From Octopus vulgaris (taxonomy: Eukaryota): DNA of 64,000 nucleotides. The position numbers were made by a program, and so were the translations under genes. Shown here piece by piece: positions 1 to 10,188 of the stretch. Location of the stretch: positions 42,408,001-42,472,000 of the forward strand of contig OX597822.1 of NCBI GenBank assembly GCA_951406725.2, in the 5' to 3' direction. The notes beneath the pieces were generated by a model, which saw only the letters and a program-made list of their open reading frames with translations, did no database searches and had not been told where the DNA came from. Position 1 is the stretch's first letter. Every line of letters starts with the position of its first letter.

Positions 1-872
1 AACAGTAAGTCACAATATATAGGTACCTATATGGGTTGGGTGTCAAAAAGAAAAAAAATAGATATAAATGTGTCGTAGGTAAGAGATCAGCGCTCAAGGT
101 CGCCACTGAGACACCAGAGAAAGACGTAGTGATAAAGTGAGAGATAGGGAGAGAAGCATTGTGATGAATAGATTGATACTGAGAAAAAAAAGAGAGATAC
201 AATGAGAGATAGATATATAAAAACAGAGAGAGAAGACCTATAAATAGATATATAGATATATACAGAGAGAAACACTTAGCAATAGATAGAGAGAGAGGGA
301 GAGGAAGGGGAGGGTGAACAGTGGCTCGGAACAAGTGCGTGTGTGTCAGTCAGCGACTATCTTTGTCCACAAAAATTAGAGAAAGAGCAACCAACTAAAA
401 ACACATTGTTGCTGGCCAACATACGGTGGATAGATCGGAATGTCTGCCTCATGCATGTTTTTTATGAATACGTACAAATACATATGCATATATATTTTAT
501 ATATTCATATATAGATACATTTCTTAGAATATAGACAAAATCATGCACATATATTACGTGCAGACGTCCGAAAGTTATTAACTAAAGTTGTAGTATGGAG
601 AAGATATGCACTAAAAAAAGACAATTAAGTCGGTTACTGTCCTTAGCAAAAAGCAATGCATAATGTAGGCATATGGTCTTAATAAACACCTCTCCTATCA
701 ACCTCAACTGTTTCCTACTGACACAATTATAAATACCTTTGTCCATTTATACCACGGTCATTGTCATAACTTCGGACATTCTGATATATTCATGCATACG
801 CACGCCCGCGCACACACACACACTTTCTCTCTCCTTCTCTTTCTCCTTTTCTCTCTCTCTCTTCTCTTTTTC

Positions 873-909
<37 letters not shown>

Positions 910-1269
910 ATATACGGACATATCCATACACACACATATATATATATCGCTTGTAAAAACAAATCCGAAAAAAGAGACGCACTCTTTAGAGCAGTATATG
1001 AAAGTTAGGTAAGGCAGCTTTATGGGATTACCTTGTATCATCAAATCCCAAAAGCCAACAGGTTTTGGGGTCTGGTGATACGCCATAACACTAAACTCTT
1101 CATGAACGTGAAATCTAAAGTAATCTCATAAACCGGCCTTATCTAACTTTAATGTGTGTGTTTGTGTGTGTTTGTATGGTGGATTCTCCCGTCGGTGACG
1201 ACATATGACCTGCACGAATGATTTGTTTAAAGTGATCAAATGTATGTGTATATATATATATAGCCTGCG

Positions 1270-1393
1270 TCAGTTGTTGACTGCCATGACACTGCATCCT
1301 TTAAGGCCCACATGCTTTCCGAAATCCGCCGAAACTACACCTGATTATATATACACTTTAGATGAGTTGTAGTGCACCTGAGCACTGTACACA

Positions 1394-1420
<27 letters not shown>
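1270..1420 (+). mobile_element. CR1-like LINE extreme 3' end with (ATT)n tail
   Basis: matches the 3' end of the CR1 fragment at 23183-23735 (gtgcacctgagcactg.a.acaat). Confidence 0.65.
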
Positions 1421-1424
<4 letters not shown>

Positions 1425-1426
<2 letters not shown>

Positions 1427-1647
1427 TTATTACCCACAGGGGGGCTAAACAGAGAGGGGACAAACAAGGACAGGCAAAGTGATTAAGTTGATTACATCGA
1501 CCTCAGTGCGCAACTGGTACTTATTTAATCGACCCCGAAAGGATGAAAGGCATAGTCAACCTCGGTGGAATTTGAACCCAGAACGTAACTGCAGACGAAA
1601 TACCGCTAAGCATTTCGCCCGGTGTACTAACGATTCTCCCAGCTTGC
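1425..1647 (-). mobile_element. SINE family A copy
   Basis: reverse-complement match to 1920-2140. Confidence 0.8.
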
Positions 1648-1868
1648 TGCTCTTCCTGAAATCATTGCAGGAGGTGCAACCTCAGTGCATGTCCCTGCAT
1701 CAGCAGCCACAGCATGCCTAAGCCACCACACAGAGGGTGCTGGTAGCAGACTGACCACCTAACAGTTGGAACATGTCCCTTCCAAAAGAAGATGAATAAG
1801 AGATTCTCCAACCTCATTAAGCAGTAACTGAGGCAGGGCATGATGGTCAGGCTATAAATAATTTGTTT

Positions 1869-1905
1869 CTCGCGATAGCTCAGTTGGTAGAGCGGAGAAC
1901 TGTAG
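1869..1905 (+). pseudogene. tRNA-Tyr(GTA) 5' half
   Basis: CTCGCGATAGCTCAGTTGGTAGAGCGGAGAACTGTAG matches eukaryotic tRNA-Tyr through the anticodon; 3' half absent. Confidence 0.8.
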
Positions 1906-1919
1906 TAAGAATTTAATAA

Positions 1920-2140
1920 GGCGGCGAGCTGGCAGAATCGTTAGCGAAATGTGTAGCCGTATTTCGTCTGCCGTTACGTTCTGAGTTCAAATTCCACCGA
2001 GGTCGACTTTGCCTTTCATCCTCTCGGGGGCGATAAATAAAGTACCAGTTTCGCACTGGGTCGATGTAATCGACTTAATCCCTTTGTCTGCCCTTATTTG
2101 TCCCCTCTATGTTTAGCCTCTTGAGGGCAGTAAAGAAATA
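1920..2140 (+). mobile_element. tRNA-derived SINE, family A
   Basis: A box TGGCAGAATCG, B box GAGTTCAAATTCC, central GCCTTTCATCCT...GATAAA..AAGTACCAG domain, tail ...AGCCTCTTGAGGGCAGTAAAGAAATA. Confidence 0.85.
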
Positions 2141-3193
2141 TATAAATAATGAGGGAAGCTATATAGGCATTCACCACTTTTGCTTGACATTTCAGGGACA
2201 GCTTCCTTTCTGCCCATTTCTGGGTAAGACCTGTCATCCTGTTATTCAACACATCCCAGATTTTATCCAACTGGAGGTTGGGACTGAACTAGAATCTGAG
2301 CAGTTTAACTGGTTTGCCAGTCTAGCATCCAACAATGCTGTCCAACAGCATTGATCTGCCTGTCCAGATGCCCAACTACAAACCCACTGACTTGTCAGCG
2401 TTGATTTTGGTCCCTGCAATCGACTTGTATTACCTCAGAATGGTGCCAACTATCTCTACTTTGGAGGCATCTGACACCATGACATGATGTCCACATATGC
2501 CAACACTGTCCTCCCATATCCAAGTTTGAAAGGGATGCCTCTCAACTGTTCTGACCTCTACGGCCATGACTTGAGAACCAGCACATACAGAAGAGGAGAC
2601 TGCAAGTAGCCCTGACAGACTGAGCTTGCAATGCAAAACAGTTCTGATGGGTAGCTGTTTAGTTTGCTGTTGTGCACTGCAACAATCCAGCCTCTGAAAA
2701 CTGGTCACTTTCAAGATAACTTCCAAGTAGCAGTAGTTGACTCTATTGAAATAATAATAATCCTTCCTACTATAAGCACAAGGCCTGAAATTTTTGGGGA
2801 AGGGGCTAGTCAATTACATCAACCCCAGTGTTCAACTGGTACTTATTTTATCAACTCCGAAAGGATGGAAAGTAAAGTCAACCTTAGTGAAATAATAATA
2901 ATAATAATAATCAATTCTTTTTTATTGGCCACAAGGGCTGACACGCATGATTACATAAAGGGACAGGACAGGACGAAAGGTTACAAAGGGTTTTGTCCGT
3001 TTGTTAAAAAATCCGTGTAAAAAAAACTTTAAAACAATGATTATTAAAACAATGAAAAACTCCCAAAAGGGGGAGACGTCTCGAAATGTTCCCGGTGGAA
3101 AAAACCCTACAAAAGCCAACGGGAGCCTGGTCAAAAAAAGGGGGTGTAGAGAGTCCCCTTTCTTCTCCTTTTACATTACCTTTTTCTTTGAAA

Positions 3194-6100
3194 TCACAGG
3201 CGAAACCTGAGAACTGGTCCATTTATACAGGCCAGTCTCGCACAATTCACCCACCTTTCATAAAACTTGCTATCGGACAGCACTTTCCTCTCTAACCTCA
3301 TCTTCCTTTTCAAGTGAAACTTGAAAAAGTTGATGAGGCCTTGACCAAAGAGGAAAGTGTCTGTCTTTAGCCCTTTTAAACGAGTCCACCACACGACCTC
3401 TTTCGCCACAGCCACTAGGCACAAGAAAACGGCCTCGCCCTCCTTGTTAAAGGAGGTCGGCGGGGCAATCTTCACTATGGATTCGGCCGATAGTCGGATC
3501 CGTCCTACACGTGACAGTAGCTGTTCGACATAAACCCATATTTCAGCAATACTCGGGCACTGGACGAGTGCGTGCAGAACGGTTTCGTCGTCCTGGCAAC
3601 ACCTCGGGCAGGCCCGGCTGACGGCACTTCCGTGCCGGTAGAGTTTATCTCGAACAGGCAGAGCCCCTCGGTAGCACTGCCAGGCGAGAGACCTCTGGAA
3701 ATTATCCATCGGCCCCGGCCCGAAAGTCCTCCCGAACAGACTGCTCAGTTCGTCGTCTTCAACGCCTAGAGTTTCCCCGAGAACGTCGTCGCATTTTTCC
3801 TCCACTAACCCTCTATAGAACGCTAGAGTGGAGCTGTAACCGACCGCATTGCCCGCCTGGTGGAGGGCGGAGAGGGCTTGACGGCACTCGAGGTGCCAAG
3901 CGCCCTTTCTCGGTCTACGTTTGATCCAGGTCTGCAGCTCCGTCAAAGAGACGAGCTGCGGAAAATCGCGTCTGACAAAAGACGACCACACCTGTTCACC
4001 GTCTAGGAAGCGCTTGAGATGCCGCAGCCTGAGCGCATGTCTGCGCAACAGCAACCACGGCATTCCAAGGCCTCCGTTCAGCGGTCGTTGACAGCAGATG
4101 GATCGCCTGACCAGTGGCACCTGACCCTTCCACAAAAAGTCGAAGAGCAGACGTACCAGCTTGGCCAACCAGCGGTTGGGACAAGGGACGACGGTCAAGC
4201 GGTAATAGATGACGGATGCGATGTACGCATTCGCCACCTCCGCTCGACCTTTCAGGGACAGCTTCCTCTCGGCCCATTTCTGGGTGAGACGTGCCACTCT
4301 GCTCGTCACCTCTTCCCAGTTCTTATCCACCTGGAGGTCCGGACCGAACCAGACCCCGAGCAGTTTAACGGGTCCGTCTGTCCAGCGCCCTACGACGCTG
4401 TTGGACGGCATGGGCTTGCCTCTCCAGGTGCCCAGTTGCAAGCCCACAGACTTTTCCGCGTTAATCTTTGCCCCTGTCACCGCTTCGTACTGGTTTAGCG
4501 TCTCGCCAATCAGGCTAATGTGCCTGTGGCTCGACACCACCACGGTGACGTCGTCGGCATAAGCAGACACGCTGTTTCCGCCTCCTAGATCGCGCGGGAT
4601 GCCCCTCAAAGCCTCCAACTTGCGCAGTAATGGCTCGAGAGTCAAAATGTACAAGAGGGAGGAGAGAGGGCATCCTTGGCGGACCGAACGCGAGATGTCG
4701 AACGGTTCCGAAAGGTGACCGTTCACCCGTATCACCGAGCAGATGTTGCTGTATAAAGCAGCGATCCACCCGCGGAAGACTGGACCGAAGCCGGCTGCCT
4801 TGAGGACAGCTGCCAGGTACTGATGGTCGACCCTATCGAAGGCTTTACTCTGATCCAAGTTGATCAAAGCCCCACCCGCGCCAGCGTCGTTACCCACCCT
4901 CTCTATGATGTAGCGCATGAGATGGAGGTTGTCGTGTATCGACCTGGTCGGCACGGCGCATGTCTGCGTCCCGCCGACCAGCTTGTCCACGACAAGCGCC
5001 AATCTCTTGGCTAGCACCTTGGCCAAAATCTTCAACTCTGCATTGAGCAGAGTGATGGGCCGGAAATTCCCTATAACGTCCCCCTTGTTTGGGTCCTTCT
5101 TTAGCAAAGCCACCACCCCTCGACAGACAAAAGCAGGAATTCTCCCGTTTTGCTGCCAGTTGCAGTAGACGTTTGCCAACAGGTCCGCAAACAAGTCTGG
5201 CATCGAAAAGTAAAGCTCGTAGGGCAGACCATCCAAACCCGGCGATCTACCTCTCGTGCAACTCTTCATCGCTTCCTGTACTTCCCAGGCAGATATCGGT
5301 CCTTCGCAGCACTCCGCCTCGCTGTTCGAGAGTTGCGGCAGTCCGTCCAGGTACACACCGAAGTCTGTACCGTTGGTGTCCGTTCCACCGCTCGTCCCAA
5401 ACAGTTGAGCAAAGTGCCGCTGAAGCACCGTACACATCTGCTTCGGTTGGGTAACCTCGCGCCCGTTCTGGTCCACCAAAGACCGAATGGTTGCTTTGTT
5501 GCCTCGCTTCGCCTCCGCCACGCGGGCCCATCGAGCGGCTCTAGTCCCCTCCCCGTTTAGCGAACGTGCCTTAGCTCTGACAACGCAGCCTTCGTGTTTG
5601 GCGTCGAAGTGTTGGTCGAGGGCCAACCTTGCCGCCAACACGTCGGTCGCGATGCCAGTGTCAAGAGCCTCGTCTAGTTTCTTAACTAAATCCCGCTCTC
5701 TCTTCCTACGTTCAATAGCTAGAGTCTTACTATACCTAATCGACTCTACTCTAATTGCTCTCTTGAGGGCAAACCACCAGTTGTTGTTGATGATTGCCCC
5801 CGTGAGCGCCCGCTTAACTAGTAAACTAATCCGGTCTCTGTAAGCTTTGCACGCCGTTAACGACGCGTTCAGCTTCCAGTAGCCGGGTCCCTGTCTATGT
5901 AGCCTATCTAAGTCGACCGTACAGATCACTAATTTGTGGTCCGTATATTCGACTAGGTGGAATTGTGGACACCCTACGCTGTCCTTATCCGCTGGCCTAC
6001 AAAACACTCTATCTAAGTACGATCTAGACGACCCGATGCGGTTTGTCCAAGTCCACATTGGCACATTCGGGTTGTCTAGTCGAAACCTGTCGGACAGCTG

Positions 6101-6627
6101 AAAGCGGCCGAGTAGGTTGGCGAGGCTCTTGCACCCTCCCCTCTCCTAACAGACGCTCCCCTGCCCACCCGATCGAAACGTTCGTCTAAGACAGCGTTCC
6201 AATCCCCAACTAGTACTAGAGTGCGTGACGTTCCCAGGAAAACTTCCAGACGTTTGAAATAATCCGACTGCCCTGCTCCTGTCGGAGCGTAGGCAGCCAG
6301 CAGTCTGAAAGCACCGCCGTCACTACCGTCGACGTCGAGGACCACCAACTTACCTTCCGGATCCAAGAAGACTGTCCTTATTTTCAGGTCCAGGCCCTTC
6401 CGAAACAACACCGCAGTACCACCACCGCCCGCTCCCGGCCGACACGGAGATAGAAATATCTCGTATCCGCCGAAAAGGGCTGCGAGTTCCTGCGGGTCGG
6501 AGAGCCTGGTTTCACTGATGGCTGCTACATCCACATCATGAAACCTCAGGTCGTTTAACAGGTGACCCTGTTTCCAAGGTGACCCGAGGCCTCTCACATT
6601 CAAGCAACCGATTCTAAGATTTGCCAT
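3194..6627 (-). pseudogene. Tx1 ORF2 (AP endonuclease + reverse transcriptase + C-terminal zinc finger), one frameshift near 6135-6150
   Basis: APE motifs CLNVRGL, ISET, LVGDWN, SYLDRVF, TDHK; GPGYWKLN; RT motifs NFRPITLLN, LDQSKAFDRV, VRQGCPLS, YADD; CPRC-X8-HALVQC; 183-aa and 956-aa frames join via ...RRG/GCKSLANLLGRFQLSDRFRLDNPNVPMWTW. Confidence 0.93.
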
Positions 6628-6666
6628 GTCTCAAAGTAGGGGGAAAAAAAGGAGAAAAAAAAGGCT

Positions 6667-7475
6667 CTACTTACTGTTGTTGGTGGTGGGGGTGGCTCCC
6701 TTGTGCTTTTGCACGGGTGCTTCCACAATGTTTTTATAAAGTTTCTTCGAGAAACTTTTCCCTAGCGATCCCACATCGTTAGGGAATATTTGTTTGATTT
6801 CATCATATGATTTTGCATTTATTTTTATTGTGAGAATGTGTGCTGGTGGTGTGTTTTGTGTTGGTATGATGAAATCGGTTATATTTGTACTAGTTTTGTT
6901 TTTTTAAGTACTCCACTAGTTTTTGGTTCTTTGTGTTTATTGATGTAATTGTGTCTGTGTGTGTTTGTGTGTGTGGCAGTGGCAGTAGTGGTGTCGAAAG
7001 TGTTGTTGTTGTTTGTTGTTGTGAGTGTGTGTTGTTGTTGTTGTTGTTGTTGATGTTGGGAAGCACTATTTGTTCGTGCTTCCCCTGTAAATCTTTTTGT
7101 TTCTTCCTCCTTTTCTTCTTTGGAGGCACTATACTCCATTCTCCTTTGTTGGAATCAGAGCTCGCACAATCCGAGATCTCTTCATCCGGCAAAGGAATGG
7201 TTGAGGGGTCTGCTTCAGTAGCAGGACGAAAAGTTTCTGGTTCCACCGGTATCGGTGGTGCCGCTGCTCCTGTTACTGTTGATGTCGCTGCTGTCGACCT
7301 TCGAGGTACTGGTGTCGGTGTTGGTTTGGTGGTGGTTGTCGGTGTTGGTTTGGTGGTGGTTGTTGTTGTTGGAGGTGGTGTTGCTCGTCTTGGTGCTGGT
7401 GTTGGTGATGGTGTTGGTGGTGTGGCAGCCTTTGGTGTTTCTTGCTGTTTTTGTTGTTTCTGTTGTTGTTGCTTG

Positions 7476-7512
<37 letters not shown>

Positions 7513-8293
7513 GCTGCTGCCTCTTGCTGAAAGCCTCCATCCTCTTTTTGTGAATGGGACAGTCCCTCTTTAAGTGGCTTTCGCTGCTGCAGAGAAAGCA
7601 TTTTGGCTTTCGCCCCTCCACAGCAACGTTTAGCCTAGTGCCGTCCGGCAAACTTACGAAATCAGGGACTTTACTTATATTCTCTTGCTGAATTTGCGCA
7701 AGAAGCAGCACTCCCATCCCCAACCAGTTTTTCGCCCTCACTCTCCTGACATCTAGAATGGTGGTAGTGTCCTCTATATCATAGAGGACAGCTGCCACCA
7801 GCCATGACATATTTAATTCAGGGGGGACGAGGTCGATTTTTATTTTTGTAACTCTTCGCCCGAGGTGGGTTGGAATTAGTAACAAATTCTCAGTTTGCAA
7901 GGGCGAAATGGCGTTCGCCCTTGCCAGCTCCTCTGTTGGGAAGCGAACCTCCACGGTTCCAAAACGCTTCCCCTTGGTTACGTAGCTCTTTTGGGCCCAA
8001 ATGGGCTTTAGAGCTATCTCCAACTGTTGGGGTGTGGCATTTGTTATTCTTTTTAGTTTTCTGTCGAAAACTTTGTAAATTATTGTTTGCTTGTTGGTGC
8101 TTTCAATCACCTCTTGTGGAGTATTGAGGAAGATACCATTGCCATCCTTCCTTAACAATTCCTTCGCTCTTTTCACATCTTCTAGAGTTATCTTAACTTC
8201 CTCCGAAATTTGCTTCGCAGCAGAAGCAAAATTGTTGGAAGTTTTTTCTTTTATCTCCGTGTCAATGTTTGTGATGATAGCTTCTCTTCCCAA
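6667..8293 (-). pseudogene. Tx1 ORF1 (RNA-binding/gag-like protein), one-base insertion near 6900
   Basis: CFLCSSESHLKRDC = CX2CX4HX4C knuckle; polyQ and P/T-rich linker; removing one A from the A7 run (6899-6905) extends the frame as YLKNKTSTNITDFII...TNNSK* to 6667; no ATG at the 5' end and the frame is open to the element boundary. Confidence 0.8.
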
Positions 8294-8329
8294 GGTGTAC
8301 GGAAAACACTCGGCAAGAAATGGAAGAAA

Positions 8330-8775
8330 ATTCTGCTCAATACCACAGATTTGCTTGTCAGTTGTTTGACCTTAACTAGTTGACCATGTCCCTTAGTGGC
8401 TGACAATATGTGCATCTCTGATCATGAGCAGAAGTTATGGGGGAGCATCATAGCCATGTGTTGAGAGGAATTCCTTAGGGTTTGGATAATTCACCTTTGG
8501 AAATGTGGGTGGTTCGTTCAACATCCTTAATCCTTATTCAGGGTCTTTTTGAACGGGATGGGTTACTTGACCAGAAGAAAATTCTAACTGGGCCCCACCT
8601 GCAAGGTCATGTGCTGTTTATCTTGATATGAGATCACCATGTCACGCACATAAGGTTGTAATGCATGTGCGATGGGTAGTCATGATGGGTATACTGGGCT
8701 TCGTATATTTTACCCCAGTGTCACTTTGATGGCATGCACCGCTCTCTCACTCAATAATAATAATAATAATAATAA
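8330..8775 (+). mobile_element. Unclassified interspersed repeat bounded by (AAT)n
   Basis: homologous copies at about 17298-17830 (opposite orientation) and 54640-54881. Confidence 0.75.
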
Positions 8776-8777
8776 TT

Positions 8778-9375
8778 TTAAATTTTGCCACAAGGGCAGC
8801 AATTTTGGTGAGAGGGGATGAGTTGATTACATTGACTACCAGTGTTCAACTGATACTAATTTTATTGCTTCGTAAAGGATGAAAGATAAGGTCGACTTCA
8901 GGCAGAATTTGAACTCAGAACGTAGCAACAGGTGAAATACCACTAAGCACTTTGTCCAGTGTGGTAACAATTTTACCAGCTCACTACCTTAATAATGATG
9001 ATGATAATGATGATGATGATGATGATCATAATAATAATAATTCTTTCTAATAAAAGTACAAGATCTGAAATTTTGTGGGGTGAGAAATAATCGATTACAT
9101 CGACCCCAGTGTTCAACTGGTACCTAATCTATTGATACCAACAGGTTGAAAGGTTGACCTTGGTAGAATTTGAACTCAGAACATAAAGATGTACAAAATG
9201 CTGAATAATAATAATAATAATAATAATAATGATAATAATGGTTTCAAATTTTGCCACAAGGGCCACTAATTTCATGGGAAGGATGTATCAATTACATCAA
9301 TCCCAGTGCCCAACTGGTATTTATTTTCTTGACTCTGAAATGGAGAAAGGGAAAAGCAACCTTGGTCGTATTTGA
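8778..9375 (-). mobile_element. Cluster of SINE family A copies with alternative tails, separated by AAT/GAT microsatellites
   Basis: repeated gaatttgaactcagaa (B box, reverse strand) and atcgaccccagtg..caactggtac blocks. Confidence 0.75.
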
Positions 9376-9410
<35 letters not shown>

Positions 9411-9413
<3 letters not shown>

Positions 9414-9704
9414 TTTAAAAAATGAGAATATCTGAAATAAACTCGACTGTTCTCACAAATAAGAATACTAAAAATGAACCTGACCACTCTCAAAAACTAA
9501 GTGATAAAACAGGAAAAATAATTCAGAATCCTTGTCCGGTACTGGATCGATCCCAAAATCTAATCAGTTTGTGCCAGTCATGGGACCAACATCCCAGTAA
9601 GTTTCATCTGAATCCATCCAGCAGTTCTTGAGATATTTTGTCCACGAACAAACAAACAAACATGGCTGAAAATAATACTTCTGCCTTCGCTAAGGCAGAG
9701 GTAA
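9411..9704 (-). mobile_element. Non-autonomous Helentron/DINE-1-like element, partial
   Basis: reverse match to 17839-18130; 5' inverted repeat ctctgccttagcgaaggcagaag followed by (TTTG)n. Confidence 0.65.
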
Positions 9705-9880
9705 TATCAATAATGGTTTCAAATTTTCACATAGGATCAACAGAGAAGAAAGGGAAGTCAATTTCATCGACCCCAGTGCTTGGCTGGTACTTATTTAAAA
9801 AATCTGAAAGAATGAAAGTCAACCTCGGCGGAGTCATGAGCCGCTGTGTCACATTTCTTCCGACTGGACCTTAGCTTTAA

Positions 9881-10188
9881 CCCCTTACCCAACAATTATT
9901 TTGAAAATAAATGTATTGTTTCAGACATATTTTTTAATTGTTTTATTTTACTATGTTTTGAATGGTGATTTCAAGGTATATTTCAAACCTTAATTATTAT
10001 GAATTTTAATTCAATAATATTGATTATAAATTACCGTTTTGGGCAGAAACGAGTTAACCCGTTTTTAGACGAAGGAACTCGTTTGCTGTCGATTTTGGCG
10101 AGTCTATCTTTTGACGAGTTAACTCGCCAGAGATAGAAAAAAACGATTTCGGTCAAAACCAATATATTCGTTTCTGCCGGGTAAGGGG
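9881..10188. mobile_element. piggyBac-type MITE
   Basis: TTAA|CCCCTTACCC...GGGTAAGGGG|TTAA; inserted in a decayed maT-like remnant (VFQHDSAP near 10273). Confidence 0.8.

Larger units (their letters stand above)
1650..2745 (-). mobile_element. Older, decayed fragment of the same Tx1 family (ORF2 RT region), split by an insertion at 1863-2140
   Basis: colinear with about 4010-4800, e.g. ttcagggacagcttcctttctgcccatttctgggt (2191) vs ttcagggacagcttcctctcggcccatttctgggt (4251). Confidence 0.85.
2919..8328 (-). mobile_element. L1/Tx1-clade non-LTR retrotransposon, near full length, slightly 5'-truncated
   Basis: ORF1 (zinc knuckle) + ORF2 (APE-RT-CCHC) + 3' UTR ending GCCCTTGTGGCCAATAAAAA; candidate 6-bp TSD aattct at 2913-2918 and 8329-8334; GC-rich relative to flanks. 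Confidence 0.93.

Noticed and set aside
1869-1905. Functional tRNA-Tyr gene
   Set aside because: No 3' half or T arm after the SINE; it lies within a TSD-bounded insert.
3572-5843. Several 60-160 aa ORFs overlapping Tx1 ORF2
   Set aside because: Antisense or alternative frames of a GC-rich coding sequence; no recognisable motifs.
6933-7553. 206-aa Cys/Val-rich ORF on +
   Set aside because: Antisense of the (CAA)n-rich ORF1 linker.
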